Below are positions 12,249 through 23,998 of a DNA stretch of 64,000 nucleotides, piece after piece (the first letter of the stretch is position 1; each line of letters opens with the position of its first letter). The notes under the pieces are model-generated. The model did no database searches. It was not told the origin of the DNA and worked only from the letters and a program-made list of their open reading frames with translations. This stretch comes from Klebsormidium nitens (taxonomy: Eukaryota > Plantae > Klebsormidiophyceae), in assembly GCA_000708835.1 (NCBI GenBank), contig DF236962.1, forward strand, positions 186,001 to 250,000, written 5' to 3'. A program made the position numbers and the translations under genes.

Positions 12249-13804
12249 GGGTGCCTGTCTTAGTGAAAGCACCCCTTAGTGAAAGCAAGAGTTGCCAGAG
12301 TTTCTCATGCGACGTTGAATTGCAGCCGTCCATCTGTCATGTAGTTACGTGACTTGGTTGACAAGCGCGGATTTTGGCACGCTCTGTTGCGTTCACCAGC
12401 TAGAATCCTTGATACAGGTGCCTTAACCAAGAGCCCTAACCATAACTTCTACGCGTTGTATACCCTAACCATCCAACCAACCCCACCGGGGCCCACCTTG
12501 TCTCCCGTCTCCCATGCGCCTACCTACTTATCTCGAGTAAAGTGCCTATAATGTGCCTGGAAATGGGAGTTTAATAATACCAGAGTGCCCAATTGTCAAG
12601 CCGGCCAGCTCTCAGCGAAGTCCTGTAAGGCATCGGACGGTCGTGAGGCAGCTGACATCATAGAGTGATGGCCGAATGCCGTCGATAAATTGCGGGGTAA
12701 CTGAGCTGAGTCGTAACCGCTTGCAGTTTCCTGTGAAAACCTCCAATGTGTTTGATGGCGCCAGTACTGTTTAACTTGATGTTAGAAGCTGCTCAACATG
12801 CCAATCTCCTTTTGTTGTATTGCAGGTCCCTTGAGCAGCACGACCCGCATAGAATATACTGTACCCCAAGGTCACATTAGACTCGGTTGAAGTCTGCAAG
12901 AAGTTCCCCTGCATTGAGCTGAGCTGAGGCCCACCAGGGAGGTTGATCACTAATGGTATTTAGTTGCCAAAGCTGGCCAGCTTTCCATCGTTTGTCGTTT
13001 TGCCGAAGGAGACTAAGACTTTCCACCTCCGTCCTGGTGACCTTCGGCTTAGCCTTAATTTGTGTATGGAAGCACCACCCTTTGTATGAGACTTATCAAA
13101 ATTGAGTACGTGGCATTGAAGGCACCAGATTGCCATCTTGCCGTTGGATCTTCCCAACGTTTCCTGAATGCGGAGGAAATGTTCAACAAACCTCATGACT
13201 GGTGCAGATTCTCAGTGAGCTGTCAATATTAACGCGTTTGTAGAACGTGTTCCACTAAACTGCGTCTACCAAACATCCCTGCTTGTAAAGTGGACGTGGC
13301 GATGGAGTCTCGAATGAGTATCTGCCAATGGCGTTGCCAGCAGAATTTGCGTTTTCAGAGACGAACGAGCTGTCTGCTGGGACTCTTGCAGCTGGCAGCT
13401 TTGGTGGTTGTAGCAGGTGAGGAAGTCTTGTGTTTTTGATTTGTTGCTGTTCAAGCTAATTTGACCCTACCGGTACAAGCTGAGTTCATCAATTGTCAGT
13501 AAAAGCTGGAAAGGAGACTTATGGCAGTCACTTAGAATAGTTTCGAAAGTTGGACGACAAAATTTGGTCCTTCCGTGATTCCCTACCCTCAACAACTGAC
13601 CTCTCCCTTTGTCCATCATTGGCTTGATTGAGAACCTTTTGCAATCGAGTCCATTACGACGCTCTTTCTCATTTAGGAGCGATTTCTGTTTGCATGTCAT
13701 CATTAACATCGGACTACAGCATGCTTACTGAGGACCTGTATAGGTGCTACAGATGATCCCCCAACGATCTAACAGCAGCTGATTAAGAATCATCCCTGCA
13801 ACAG

Positions 13805-16800
13805 GAGCTGCCACCACCCCCACAGTCCCAGCCGGATTTGGGCCAGAGGTCCTCCCTGGGCCCTTTCCGGACACTTTGTCTGGTGTCCAATTCTCCATGA
13901 CTGCCAGTGGGGTCAGCTCAGGCAATGGCACTGACACCAGCAGTCGCAGTCTGAGCATCTGTGGCCAGGGCCCTGTGCCATGGACTGCAGCCAGCTTCCA
14001 GCAAGGGGCAATTGCAGCAAGGCTGAGTGCAAGCAGGTGAGGGGGCGCAGCTTGTGCGAAATAATGGATGCAGCGCCTGACTGTCCTTGGATGGGAAAGG
14101 TATTCAGACAGGATGACAAGCGACAGAGCGAGCAAACGCTTGGAACCAGTTAGCAGCTGACTCTGCAAACCAGTGAACTAATATTATACTGAGGCTGTCT
14201 GCTTAATTAGGTGGAAGAGCAACTCGGAAATAGACCCCTCATAGCTGGCGGTTGAAACTAGCTGTGCCAGAAACTTCTGGAACATGCTTCACCATGCACG
14301 GGCAGCTCTTGCAGATTTTCCTTATGTCGCTCGGCTTGGTGAGGCTGACAAAAGAGCACGTGCCCTTGCAGTAACTCGAGCTTGGCGCTGACCGAGACTG
14401 GCCCCGGTGTCAGCAACAACTCGATTGCAGTTCCAGGCCAAACGGTGAGCTCGAATGCTGACCTGATTGCTGCTGAAATATACAGCTTGGATTATGTATA
14501 TGAAGCGTGTCACTTAGCACCTTGAACACTCGTCGTAGTACGAAGCCAAAAGAAGAAATGTCAGCGAAAATGAATCGTCTTCTTACAAAGAAGACGGTGT
14601 CCTTGAAATACTTGCCATCAAAATGAAGAGGGGTGACATACGTCAAAGGCAGCCCTGCTTCCAGGCCCTGACGCCTTCGTATGACAGTCACGGCTTCGAG
14701 TAGCGGAGTCAGGTGAAGACCTGCGAATTGTCCAATCCTCTTACTCTTCTCATACCAGAGTTATGTCTCTGCCACATATATTTTTCAGAATATATGCTTG
14801 GTATAGGAGGCTTAGGGAGCCTCTTTTCCCCCCGTTTTCCCGCCTTAAAACTCATTTTTTTCTTTTCTCCAGGGCTGGAGCCCCAGCACGGACTTCGGCG
14901 TCTTGTTAGCCACTGTCACGGCCAACGGCATGAACTGGACTTCTGACGAGGCGCCGTTTTACCCCGTGGTCGCCGCTGGTGTGAACAGCTCCTCAGCCGG
15001 CTATGACATGAGGACGGGCCAATTCACACCAGGGGGAACGGACATCGTCAGCAGCAAGGCAGGCCAGAGCGGGGGGACGTGCGATGCGGACGTCGGGGCA
15101 GTGTGGTTTCCCTTCTCGGAAGGTAACAATCAAGACAAACAGTTCCGTTGCAAACCGAAAGAGTAGAATAATGCCCCGTGAACGTCTGCAAGAGCAACAA
15201 GGTTGAGCAGAAAGAGCAACAAGGTTGAGCAGAAAGCTTAATCACGTCGTTGAGACAAAACGTGAGCCAACGACAAGGACGACCAGGGCCCTTTTTCTGT
15301 CTGCGCTACGGCACCGGTTGAAGCAACCTAATGCATGTCCTCGCTTTCCGATCTTTCCAACATTGATGTAAGAAAGACGAACGGTCGGACAGAAGTTTGA
15401 CCGAGAGCACGTGTCCTGAAACGACGCGAGACAACACTAACAACATTGCGCGCTTTTTGCGGTTCAGCAGACTGCCGACAGCCGCTTCAAAGAAAGGTTG
15501 CAGAAGCACTCATAAGCCGACGAAATTACCAAAAACCTAAACAAATTTTTCCATCGCAGGTTGGATGGCGGCTTCCCTTGCCGCCCCCGCCAACGTCAGC
15601 GCGCCCGCCGCTTATGTTTCTCCAACCGCTTATTCCGCCAACTTGCCCGCTGAAGCCGGTCAGATCTTTACTTCCACACCGACGGGCGGACATCTGACGC
15701 TCCCGGGAGTGCGTGCTAACAGCGGCGGGCTGCTCTTTGCTGTCTCGTGAGCCCAGCTACTAAGTCTGAGCTTTGGATCTGGCTGTGTTTCTCTGCAAGA
15801 TTGCAAACAAGCAGGTTTAGCGGACCGCGTGCAGTCGTTTCTGCTTTTTCTGTGGAGACGCTTGTCGAACACAATTTCGTGCAGCATACAAAGAATTACT
15901 CTGTATACGTGCGTTAAACCAATTTTTATCAAGTATGATCAAGTTCAAAGCTCAGAGTCTGCCTTTCTCAACTGATGGCGCGTCACTTGAAGAGTTGAAC
16001 GACGACCTTTCATGGTCAAAGACGTTTCAGAGTCTGAGAAATTCACGCGTCGCCCCAGTCTTCTAACCAAACGTCTGTCATAGTCAAACAGTTCGCCTGC
16101 GAAATTCAATTTCATTCAACGCCACTCATCATACGTTGACGTGCTTTTGCAGAACGGTGGACACCGCTCAGACAAACGGGTCAACCAGTGTTGTGTCCGT
16201 GGCCCCTCAGGGCGTCAGCTGGACCGTTCAGATCCGCAGTGACGTCAGCTTGGCGACCGGCGGTTTCGCCCCGGCCGCACAGAGCGCGTTCTCGTTCTTG
16301 TACCTGCCCTTCGGGTACACAGAAAAGTGAGCGTAGCAAACGATCTTTTCTAGGCCGTTTCTGTCAATCGCTCAAAGCGATGGCTTCGTGGCGTTCAAAT
16401 ATTGGTGGGAACGTCTCATACCTCGAGAGAGGTCTTGCTTGGCGAAACCAGACTCTTCGGTTCGTCCCATATGAACTCAGCTGAATGCCGGTCTGCAAAA
16501 GGAACGGTATACGTTGCGAATTTATGAGGTCCATACTACTTTGAAGGACGCCGGGGACCAGGCGCGTTTCCAGTAGAAGCCTTCGAATTGCCCTACAGAA
16601 CGGAACGTAATCCCCAACAGGGCCAGCACGCGGTTCAAAAGCCAATCACGCCCAAAAGCGCATTCAGGTACCTAAAAGCAGGCACATTCAACATAAGAAC
16701 TCCTGACGATCCGGATGGAGTTTCATCAATCCATGACAATTTGTGGCCGAGCAGCTCATTCCGGTGTACTGATTCCAATCCCCTTCCCTGCAGCCTGATC

Positions 16801-18928
16801 GGCGGCCACGTGGACGGCGTGTCCGGCACGACCGTATTCGGACAGGGCGCCTCCGTCGTGTCCAAAGTGGACGTCGGCCAGTACCAAGTCCGCCTGATGA
16901 AGCCGCGGAACCGGAACGTCTCGTGCTCGTAAGTCGCCACCCTAGTTACTCCCCTTTGCTCGGCCAATTTCTTGAGCTTTCTCCATTGTGTAGCGAACTC
17001 TGGGCAGGCGACTGAAGTTTACCTCAAAAGATCAACCTCGAAAATTCTGACCTCAAAGAACTAGGTCTTCCCATCCCTTGCTGCTATCGGACATTCTGGT
17101 CTACGAAATAGAGTTTGCTTAACTAGTTCCTGACCAGGCCCATTTGCTCTTGTGTCCAGGGACGGCGTGCTTCTCCTTCAAACAGTGGGTCTGGGGCCGG
17201 ACGGCAACACGAGCGACGCCGTCCTGTCCTACGCCTTTCAGGGCGACGGCAGCATGCTCGTGCAAGCCAGAACGGTCGCCGTCACGGGTGACGGGTCTCT
17301 GACGTACAACCTCACAGATACAGGTGCGAAGAAAGGTGTCCGGCAGTGGGATGCCTGATTCTGGATGATGACGGGGCCCCTTCTTTCATGCTTGATGAAG
17401 TTACCTTGCGCTATAGGCATTCGACGACGTTTTGACTCGAAGAAGGCCTTTATGTTTTCAGGCCGGCCTTCACTCAAGCGTCAGAACCCCAGTCGTCAAT
17501 CTGCCCATGAAGAGGTCCCTTCTTCATGCTTAACGAAGTTAGCTGGCGCTACAGGCGGTTGACGTCTTTATGACTTCAGGAGGATTTTTGTGAGTTCAGG
17601 GCGGGGGTTCACCTTAGCGTCAAAGTGCCCAGTCGTCCTGTATACCGTTCAGATTTAAATCCCATTGCAGAGTCTTACGTGCAGTCTGTAGCCGCCTCGG
17701 AATCAGATTTTACCTTCTTGGATTATTTTAATCGCCCTCACGAAATAAGCTCAACAATAGCATCTCGCGTGTCGTTGAACGATGCACTTTTGAATGTGCT
17801 CCACTCATCAAACTTTGACGACCATTATGACCCTGTTGCTCTTGTTGGCGTGCAGACTTCTACTTTGCCTGGGTCGACTTTCTGGAGCCAATTCACCCCG
17901 CTGGTTATGGCGCTCCTTCAATCGTTACTCAGCAAACGGAGTCTCCGGTCCCCTCCGCAGCTGCAGTCTCGGTACTCGGTGAGTGCGAAAACTGTTTCAT
18001 GGTATCTCCGCTTGCAGTCGGATCTGTTACGGCTCTAGCAATTCTTGCTACTTGGGGGCGGAAGCATGATTGCCAGTGAGTATGGAAAAGCCACCACTGA
18101 ACATCAGAGTGAGATGGTGGTATCAAAACTTACACATGGTACACAAAAGTTGTTTTTTGCGTCCTTTCGTTGAACTTTTCAGCCTTCATGATTTTTCATT
18201 GTACCTCCAGCGCTGAGTAGAGACGATATCATTGGGACCAGCAACCTTTGCATCATGCGGTTACTTTGATCTAAAATTGTCGTCCGCGGAACGCTGACAT
18301 GAGCTTATGGCAAATTATAACAGGACATATGGCAAACTCGAGACCTCGTCACAACGAGGAAAGGACGACGCTTTAAGCTTAGCTAACCGACCGTTCTTGC
18401 TCTTCTTTTCCAGCTCCTGTTTCGGGCCCTTCATCGTCCCCCGCAGCGGGCCAATCCGCAGCCGGCAGCCCTTCCCCCGCCCCCTCCGCCCCACTCTCCC
18501 CGGCCCCGGTAGGCGACCAACCGGCCGCCGCTCCCAACCAAGGACCCGCCGCCGCCTTTTCCCCCGCCCCCGCTCCGTCGCCTTTTGCCGGCGCCCCGGG
18601 CGGAAGCGTCCCGTCAACACTTAACCGCACCGCGGCGCTACTAACCGCTGGCGCATCTTCCCAGGGGTCTTCGACGGCGACCAGCGCGTCTCTGTCCTTC
18701 AGCACGAAGGTCGCCCTTGCCGTGGGGGTATGCGTTGCGGTCGCGGTGCTTGGGGGCGCCGTTTTGATTGTCGTGCGGAGGAGGAGGATTCGGTATCCAA
18801 AAATTAGTTTGGATCTGACGCGGATGAACAGCCTAGAGGCGCGGCGGATGAAGGGCATTCCGCTCGCGGAACTCGGGAGCGGAGGCGGAAGGACGTCCGC
18901 CACTGACTTTAACATCTTGCAAGTCTAG
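13805..18928 (+). CDS. Uncharacterised single-pass type-I membrane glycoprotein: beta-rich ectodomain, AGP-like Pro/Ala/Ser stalk, TM helix, short cytosolic tail; 5' end not resolved
   Basis: In-phase GT-AG exons 13805-14036, 14372-14444, 14873-15122, 15560-15746, 16153-16314, 16794-16928, 17160-17323, 17856-17978, 18414-18928. The last exon encodes PAAPSPAPSAPLSPAP..., the TM segment VALAVGVCVAVAVLGGAVLIVV, then RRRR and the stop at 18928. A possible further exon lies at 12826-12870. Confidence 0.75.
15190..15236. repeat. Perfect 22-bp tandem duplication in an intron of the membrane-protein gene
   Basis: aagagcaacaaggttgagcaga x2. Confidence 0.9.
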
Positions 18929-20824
18929 GGCCAGGGGACCTTTCTAAGTTATTCATTCCAGTTGACTGAGCCAACCTGTAGATGGCCAGAATCAACGGCA
19001 GGCCAACCAAAAGAGATTCTGACCCGTAAGCTGGGATCAGAATTAGCCGCGCTGAAGGATCGTGTACTATGTTACAAGTTTCAAGACCCGCTGTTTGCAG
19101 ATACAAGATAGGATTAAGCTGAACCTACTGACAAGAGCTGAGTACAACAAAAGTTGTGCTGCGATTCATGATCTCATAGAGCGTTGCTTTTACAAGCATT
19201 TCACAAACGTGTCACACGATTGAACAACTGAGCCAGACAAGCCTTCAAGGCGCTTGTCATGCATTTACTCGCTCATAAATGGTGACCTATGGCATACAAC
19301 GCGTTCCTCTACTGCCATCGGCCGGCTTCTTCTTTTAGCAAAAGCGTGCATGATAAAGCATCCATCGACTCGCTCTTTTTCTGATAGACCACGCATATTA
19401 ATCATCCACTTTCTGCCGACATCTATGACATCACGAAAAGGGGTCGACTTCAGCACTGCGAAGCGACTCGAATCTGTCGTTTTGGGAGTTTCTTGAGTTC
19501 CAAACAAGCTGACGCACGGGTTATCAGGAGGGACAAAACAGTAAGCCAAGAAAACTTGGCATGTAACACAAGGGGCTGGTTTTAGGCATGCAACCTGGGC
19601 ATCGGTGTACACGCACTGATACATCGCCGATAAAAGCACTGCGCACAGGACTGGGTATAATCAGCACTTCAAGATTTTGATAGTCAGTCTGCAGACCGTC
19701 GTGACGAACGCATTCAATCGCATCAACCAGATGGACAAGAAGTAAGGAAGAAGCCGGTTTGCCATCGACGGTGAAGGCTGAAGCTTTCCCAAAGATTTCT
19801 CGCTTCCGGCTTCAGACAGCATTTCCCTTTCAGAGAACGATGCGACTAAGGCATTGCATATTCCTTTGAGGAAAACAAGTTCGTTATCTTCCAAGAATGG
19901 ATCGGTGCAGCCATGCTCTTGGCGCCTTACCCAAAAGACTGGTACAGAAGTGAGACGACGGCGCGAGCCGACAAGCCGCATCTGCTACGGCCGAGATCCA
20001 ACAAAAACTGTCCATCAATTTCCGCTTTCCTAGTTATTACTCCAGCCGGAGTGTTTTCTAACCTAGGCCGCCTGCCAGACCCCCGGACTCAGCTCAATCA
20101 GCCCACCCCAGAGAACCAGTTCGCTCATCCTCCGCTCGCTTGCTTGTCAGGGTGCCGTTCTAGCTCGACGTTCAGCACCTGCGCCGAGCAAAGCATGACT
20201 TTTGCATTCAGAAGCGGTGCAGACTCTGTCAGATTCAATATCATAAAGCCGTTCCGATACACACATTCCAAGCTCCGTAGATATATAGAATGTTAAGGAG
20301 TTGGAAGAGCAATACGAGTTCGCCTACAGTTCTCTTGGAAAAACGACGACCCACAACTGGCTAGGGTACAAGTAGCTGCTTCCGCCCTCTGGTAACGCCT
20401 TTAGGGGCCAACGGATAGCTTTCAAAGTCGGCTTTTGGAATTACTACAGCCGAGTTACCGTAAAGAGCGAGCTTACAACAGATGTTAAATATTAAAGACG
20501 TGAGGACACGTGGGCAACCAAGCAAGAATTACGTTTAAGACCAGCTAATGTTGCTTCAGCTCAACGTTCCTGCGCTGTAACCGCAAGATCGTCTGCCCCG
20601 TTGAACGATTGACTCACTAAGAGGATTGACGTCTCAACCGCTAATGACCCATCGTTCGTGGTTATGTCGGAAGGCGTTGACCAGAACTCTTCAGTCGAGA
20701 TTTTAAAACGTGGCGTCTTTTGCACACTCGAGTGCGCTGACAAAAATTACATGACATAAACACTGACGGCTCGACAATTAGTGGAGACCAGCATATTTGA
20801 AAGGACCGGAACACGATCGATTCA

Positions 20825-22114
20825 CTAGTAGTCGAGTTCCAGAACCATGACCTTATTGAAAGAACTTTCATCAGTGCAGTGAACAGTTCCTCGCAAGTTC
20901 GACCTCGAAGCTGGAAGGGAGCTACATTGAGCACCTACCTCTGCTCCATTCTTCTCCATTCGTTCCACCATCAGATACATCAGCTCTTCCCCAACGCTCT
21001 CCCCGCTTCCGGCTTCAGCCCCTTCCTCGGTCTCAGCAACAGCCGCCAAACCCCCCTCCCTACCCTCCTCCTCTTCCCCTTCCCCCAGTCCCCACCTTTC
21101 CAGCGCCCTCATCAAAACCTCCGCGGTTGCTGGCCGGTTCTGCAAACCCATCGACGTTCCAGGGCGACTATTCACACCATCTGCTGACAGGGATGTCCCT
21201 GGGCGAGAATTGAAGCCGAGGCTCGTCCCTGGTCGACTGCCTGAAGCTGCCATTCTCATCGCGGCAAGTTGCTCTGGGGAGACGGCCGTTTTCGGCCGGT
21301 CAGGGATGCCGTGCTGGCTGAAATGCGTCAGGCTCGGAACCGTCCTCTGGGGAGGTTCTGGGATATCTTCGACTGGACGCGTGATCAGCTCCCGTCTCGT
21401 GAAAGTTTCCGGCATGATTGGTTTTAGAAGCGGTGTCTTTGCGGGGGGCGAGTTCTGGGGCCAAGTAGGGAGGGGTTCCAGCCGGTAAAACATCGTCGGC
21501 CGGCTTATGAGCGGGGTAGGGGGGCAGTACCGGGGCTCTCTGGCGGGGGGTGAATCGGGCATTGTCGCCCCTCCCCCTTCGCCTCGACTTTCCATCTTAG
21601 CAGGGCTGGTTGCACACCGTGCCGCCTCAACGGGGGGCTGGCTACCAGACGGTTCGAATCGCACGCGGTCACCCCCCGCCGTCCTCAAGCCACTTCTCAG
21701 CTTCTCCTCCTTCCCCCCTTTTTGACAACCACCGGCCCCCGCGCGCTGCTTTACCGGGCTGGCATGCTTTACCCCGCCCGCCTTCTTCAGCGCTTGCAGA
21801 AACGATGCCTCTGGTTTGTTTGGACTCCGCTCCTTCGCGAACTTAGTTCCCAAGCTGCTCCAGCAGAGCATGTCTAGTTTACCCACCGATTGCTCTGCCC
21901 CGGGGGACCGCAAATCGTCCCCCCCAGATTGCCTGCTGCGCCGCCCCCCCCGGAAGCAGAGCGCCCCCTCCGACTTCTCCCGCCTCAGCGCGGGGCTCTC
22001 GGTCTCCTCCGCCCATTTCGAAGCTGGCTCTCTCAGCCGGAGCACGTTTGCTCCGTGGATGTTTAGCCTACCAAGAGCTTTGGAGGTCTTTTTGGGGGAA
22101 GCCTTCGACGCCAT
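20825..22114 (-). CDS. Hypothetical low-complexity protein with repeated RPxT/S motifs; probably spliced onward at its 3' end
   Basis: 429-aa open frame with GC-rich coding-like composition; a possible donor (GAG|gtaggt near 20936) and acceptor (near 20178) suggest more exons; no recognisable domain. Confidence 0.55.
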   Translation of the reverse strand: MASKASPKKTSKALGRLNIHGANVLRLREPASKWAEETESPALRREKSEGALCFRGGRRSRQSGGDDLRSPGAEQSVGKLDMLCWSSLGTKFAKERSPNKPEASFLQALKKAGGVKHASPVKQRAGAGGCQKGGKEEKLRSGLRTAGGDRVRFEPSGSQPPVEAARCATSPAKMESRGEGGGATMPDSPPAREPRYCPPTPLISRPTMFYRLEPLPTWPQNSPPAKTPLLKPIMPETFTRRELITRPVEDIPEPPQRTVPSLTHFSQHGIPDRPKTAVSPEQLAAMRMAASGSRPGTSLGFNSRPGTSLSADGVNSRPGTSMGLQNRPATAEVLMRALERWGLGEGEEEEGREGGLAAVAETEEGAEAGSGESVGEELMYLMVERMEKNGAEVGAQCSSLPASRSNLRGTVHCTDESSFNKVMVLELDY

Positions 22115-22699
22115 CTCAGCAGCGAAAGGGTGCGCTCATCGATGTTTTACCGCTTTGTTACAGGGGTTGCACCCTCTTATATTCGCATGTGAGGGTTTCG
22201 AAGCAAAAGTGTTTGCTGCTCAGTTCCCTACTTCAAACGTCCCTTTTGTTCGTCAAAGGCGCTCTGCATGTAATCCTGAATGCAACCGCTTCACATAATC
22301 TGGATTGAAGCAATACAGCAAACCTCGGCGTACGATCTGCAGCATTGCCTCAAGGCTTCATTGTCCTTCAACTTTGTGTTCATAAAGCATTCTTTTATGG
22401 ATCCTTTCAACAAGGTGCCGGACTCTATTCCGTGCTGTTCTGTTCAACGTCATCTTCTTGAAGCTTTATGTCCCCGAGGAGGAGAATCTCTTACTTGACT
22501 ACACGGGCTCGTTGCGTCTATGCTTTGGTAAGGATCATTTGCTTCTTCCTTCTGATTCATCGAGAGACACTAGTTTCTGATTTGATACTTCATACACAGC
22601 GCGACTGCACGTGTGACAGGCGTATTTGAAGGTCGGTAAAGGGGAGGCTTTGTTGACCTGGACTTACCTATATGAAGGGTGATAGAAGCTTTGAAGATA

Positions 22700-23033
22700 C
22701 AGCATTTTCAGGGCATGCTTCCCGGTTGCGATGGATAGATAGGGTCTATTTAGATACAAAATTCTAGCTAAACTTTAGATATTGCTTTGACGTCATCGAA
22801 CATCTTTCCGCAGTAGCAGCCGCCAAGGTAGAACAGGGGTGATCATCGAGCCGTAAAACCACCGGGCAGGTTCCATCCGACGCGCTAGATTCTTCCACGT
22901 GTCACAGCCACTCTCTTAGATGACGTCAATAAATCTGGTGATGTGACTAAACTTACACTAAACTTAGCCTAAGTTTAGGCTAAATACACCCTATCTATCG
23001 AACGCAACCGGGAAGCATGCCCTGAAAATGCTG
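22700..23033. mobile_element. MITE, Tc1/mariner (Stowaway-like), 334 bp, 54-bp TIRs, TA target-site duplication
   Basis: Left TIR 22700-22753 (CAGCATTTTCAGGGCATGCTTCCCGGTTGCG...) and right TIR 22980-23033 match at 51/54, with the first 31 bp perfect; TA at 22698-22699 and 23034-23035; no coding capacity. Confidence 0.88.
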
Positions 23034-23998
23034 TATACTTATACAAAGTGTCAGACGATGGTTTGCTGGTAGTCCTCTGTGACACAGGTCTACACATGCA
23101 CGTTGTAATGACCTTCAAGTTAGACTTTGAAATTTGGCCGCTGGCGTTCAAGTTGAAGCGGCAGAATCAAGCGGCAGAATCAGATCCGATCTTATCCAGT
23201 CGTTGCAGACTCGGAACCGTTTGACTCGTCGACAATGACAAGTGTCTGAGTAATGCGCCTGTGGATCATTTCCCGCATGAGGAGCGGAACCCCTCCTCAG
23301 TTGATCTGTGATCCCAGCTTCACTGTCAACATGGCTTGGTTTGTTGGTTTCGCAGTCAAGCTCGAAAGCAGGCCGGCCGAAAGAGGAGAAGTGGTTGACC
23401 AGGGGTGCGCGCGCGGCTGCTTCTCTCGAGGCAGGAGGACCGTTGACCCGTTCTCGCGATCGATTCTGGGCCATTCGCTGGCTTGCTTCAACGTGCCCAC
23501 ATGAGAGACGCGAAAGCTGCCACGCTGGCATGCGAACTCGAAACCAGAGCGAAAGATCTCCGGTTAAATTGAGGGTTTGCTGTTAAGACCATTCGATTCG
23601 TCCTAGAGTACACTACTTTTGCAGACCAGTGTCGTCGAAACAGCAGAGGAATTGGTAAATAGCTCAAACCCGAAACAGATTCTGGCCGCTAGATGGAAAG
23701 AGAGGTGATCCCTACCGCAAACTGTTGTGGATAGGGATCTCATCACTACAGATTCGTGATGCTAAGAAGAAGGTGTAACGCTGATATTTCTGCTCCGGTT
23801 GAGCGTTACAACCAGATCTTGTGATCACAGCAGACCATGCAAGGAATCTGACATTCGCCGTCATAGGCAACAAATGCAGCAAAAGTTGTCTGCTGCATCT
23901 TCCATTCTTGTGTTCAGAAACTTGAAGGAAGAAGGAAAAGGCGCTGCATTCATCTCCTGCGCCATCTCCTTCTCGTCTCCTCTGACAGAGTAGGCATC

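Noticed and set aside
19265-19981. Two protein-like minus-strand ORFs (124 and 106 aa)
   Set aside because: They could be further exons of the 20.8-22.1 kb gene, but no consistent splice path or homology was found.
21651-21660. GGTTCGAATC T-loop-like motif
   Set aside because: It lies within a coding exon with no cloverleaf stems, so it is not a tRNA.
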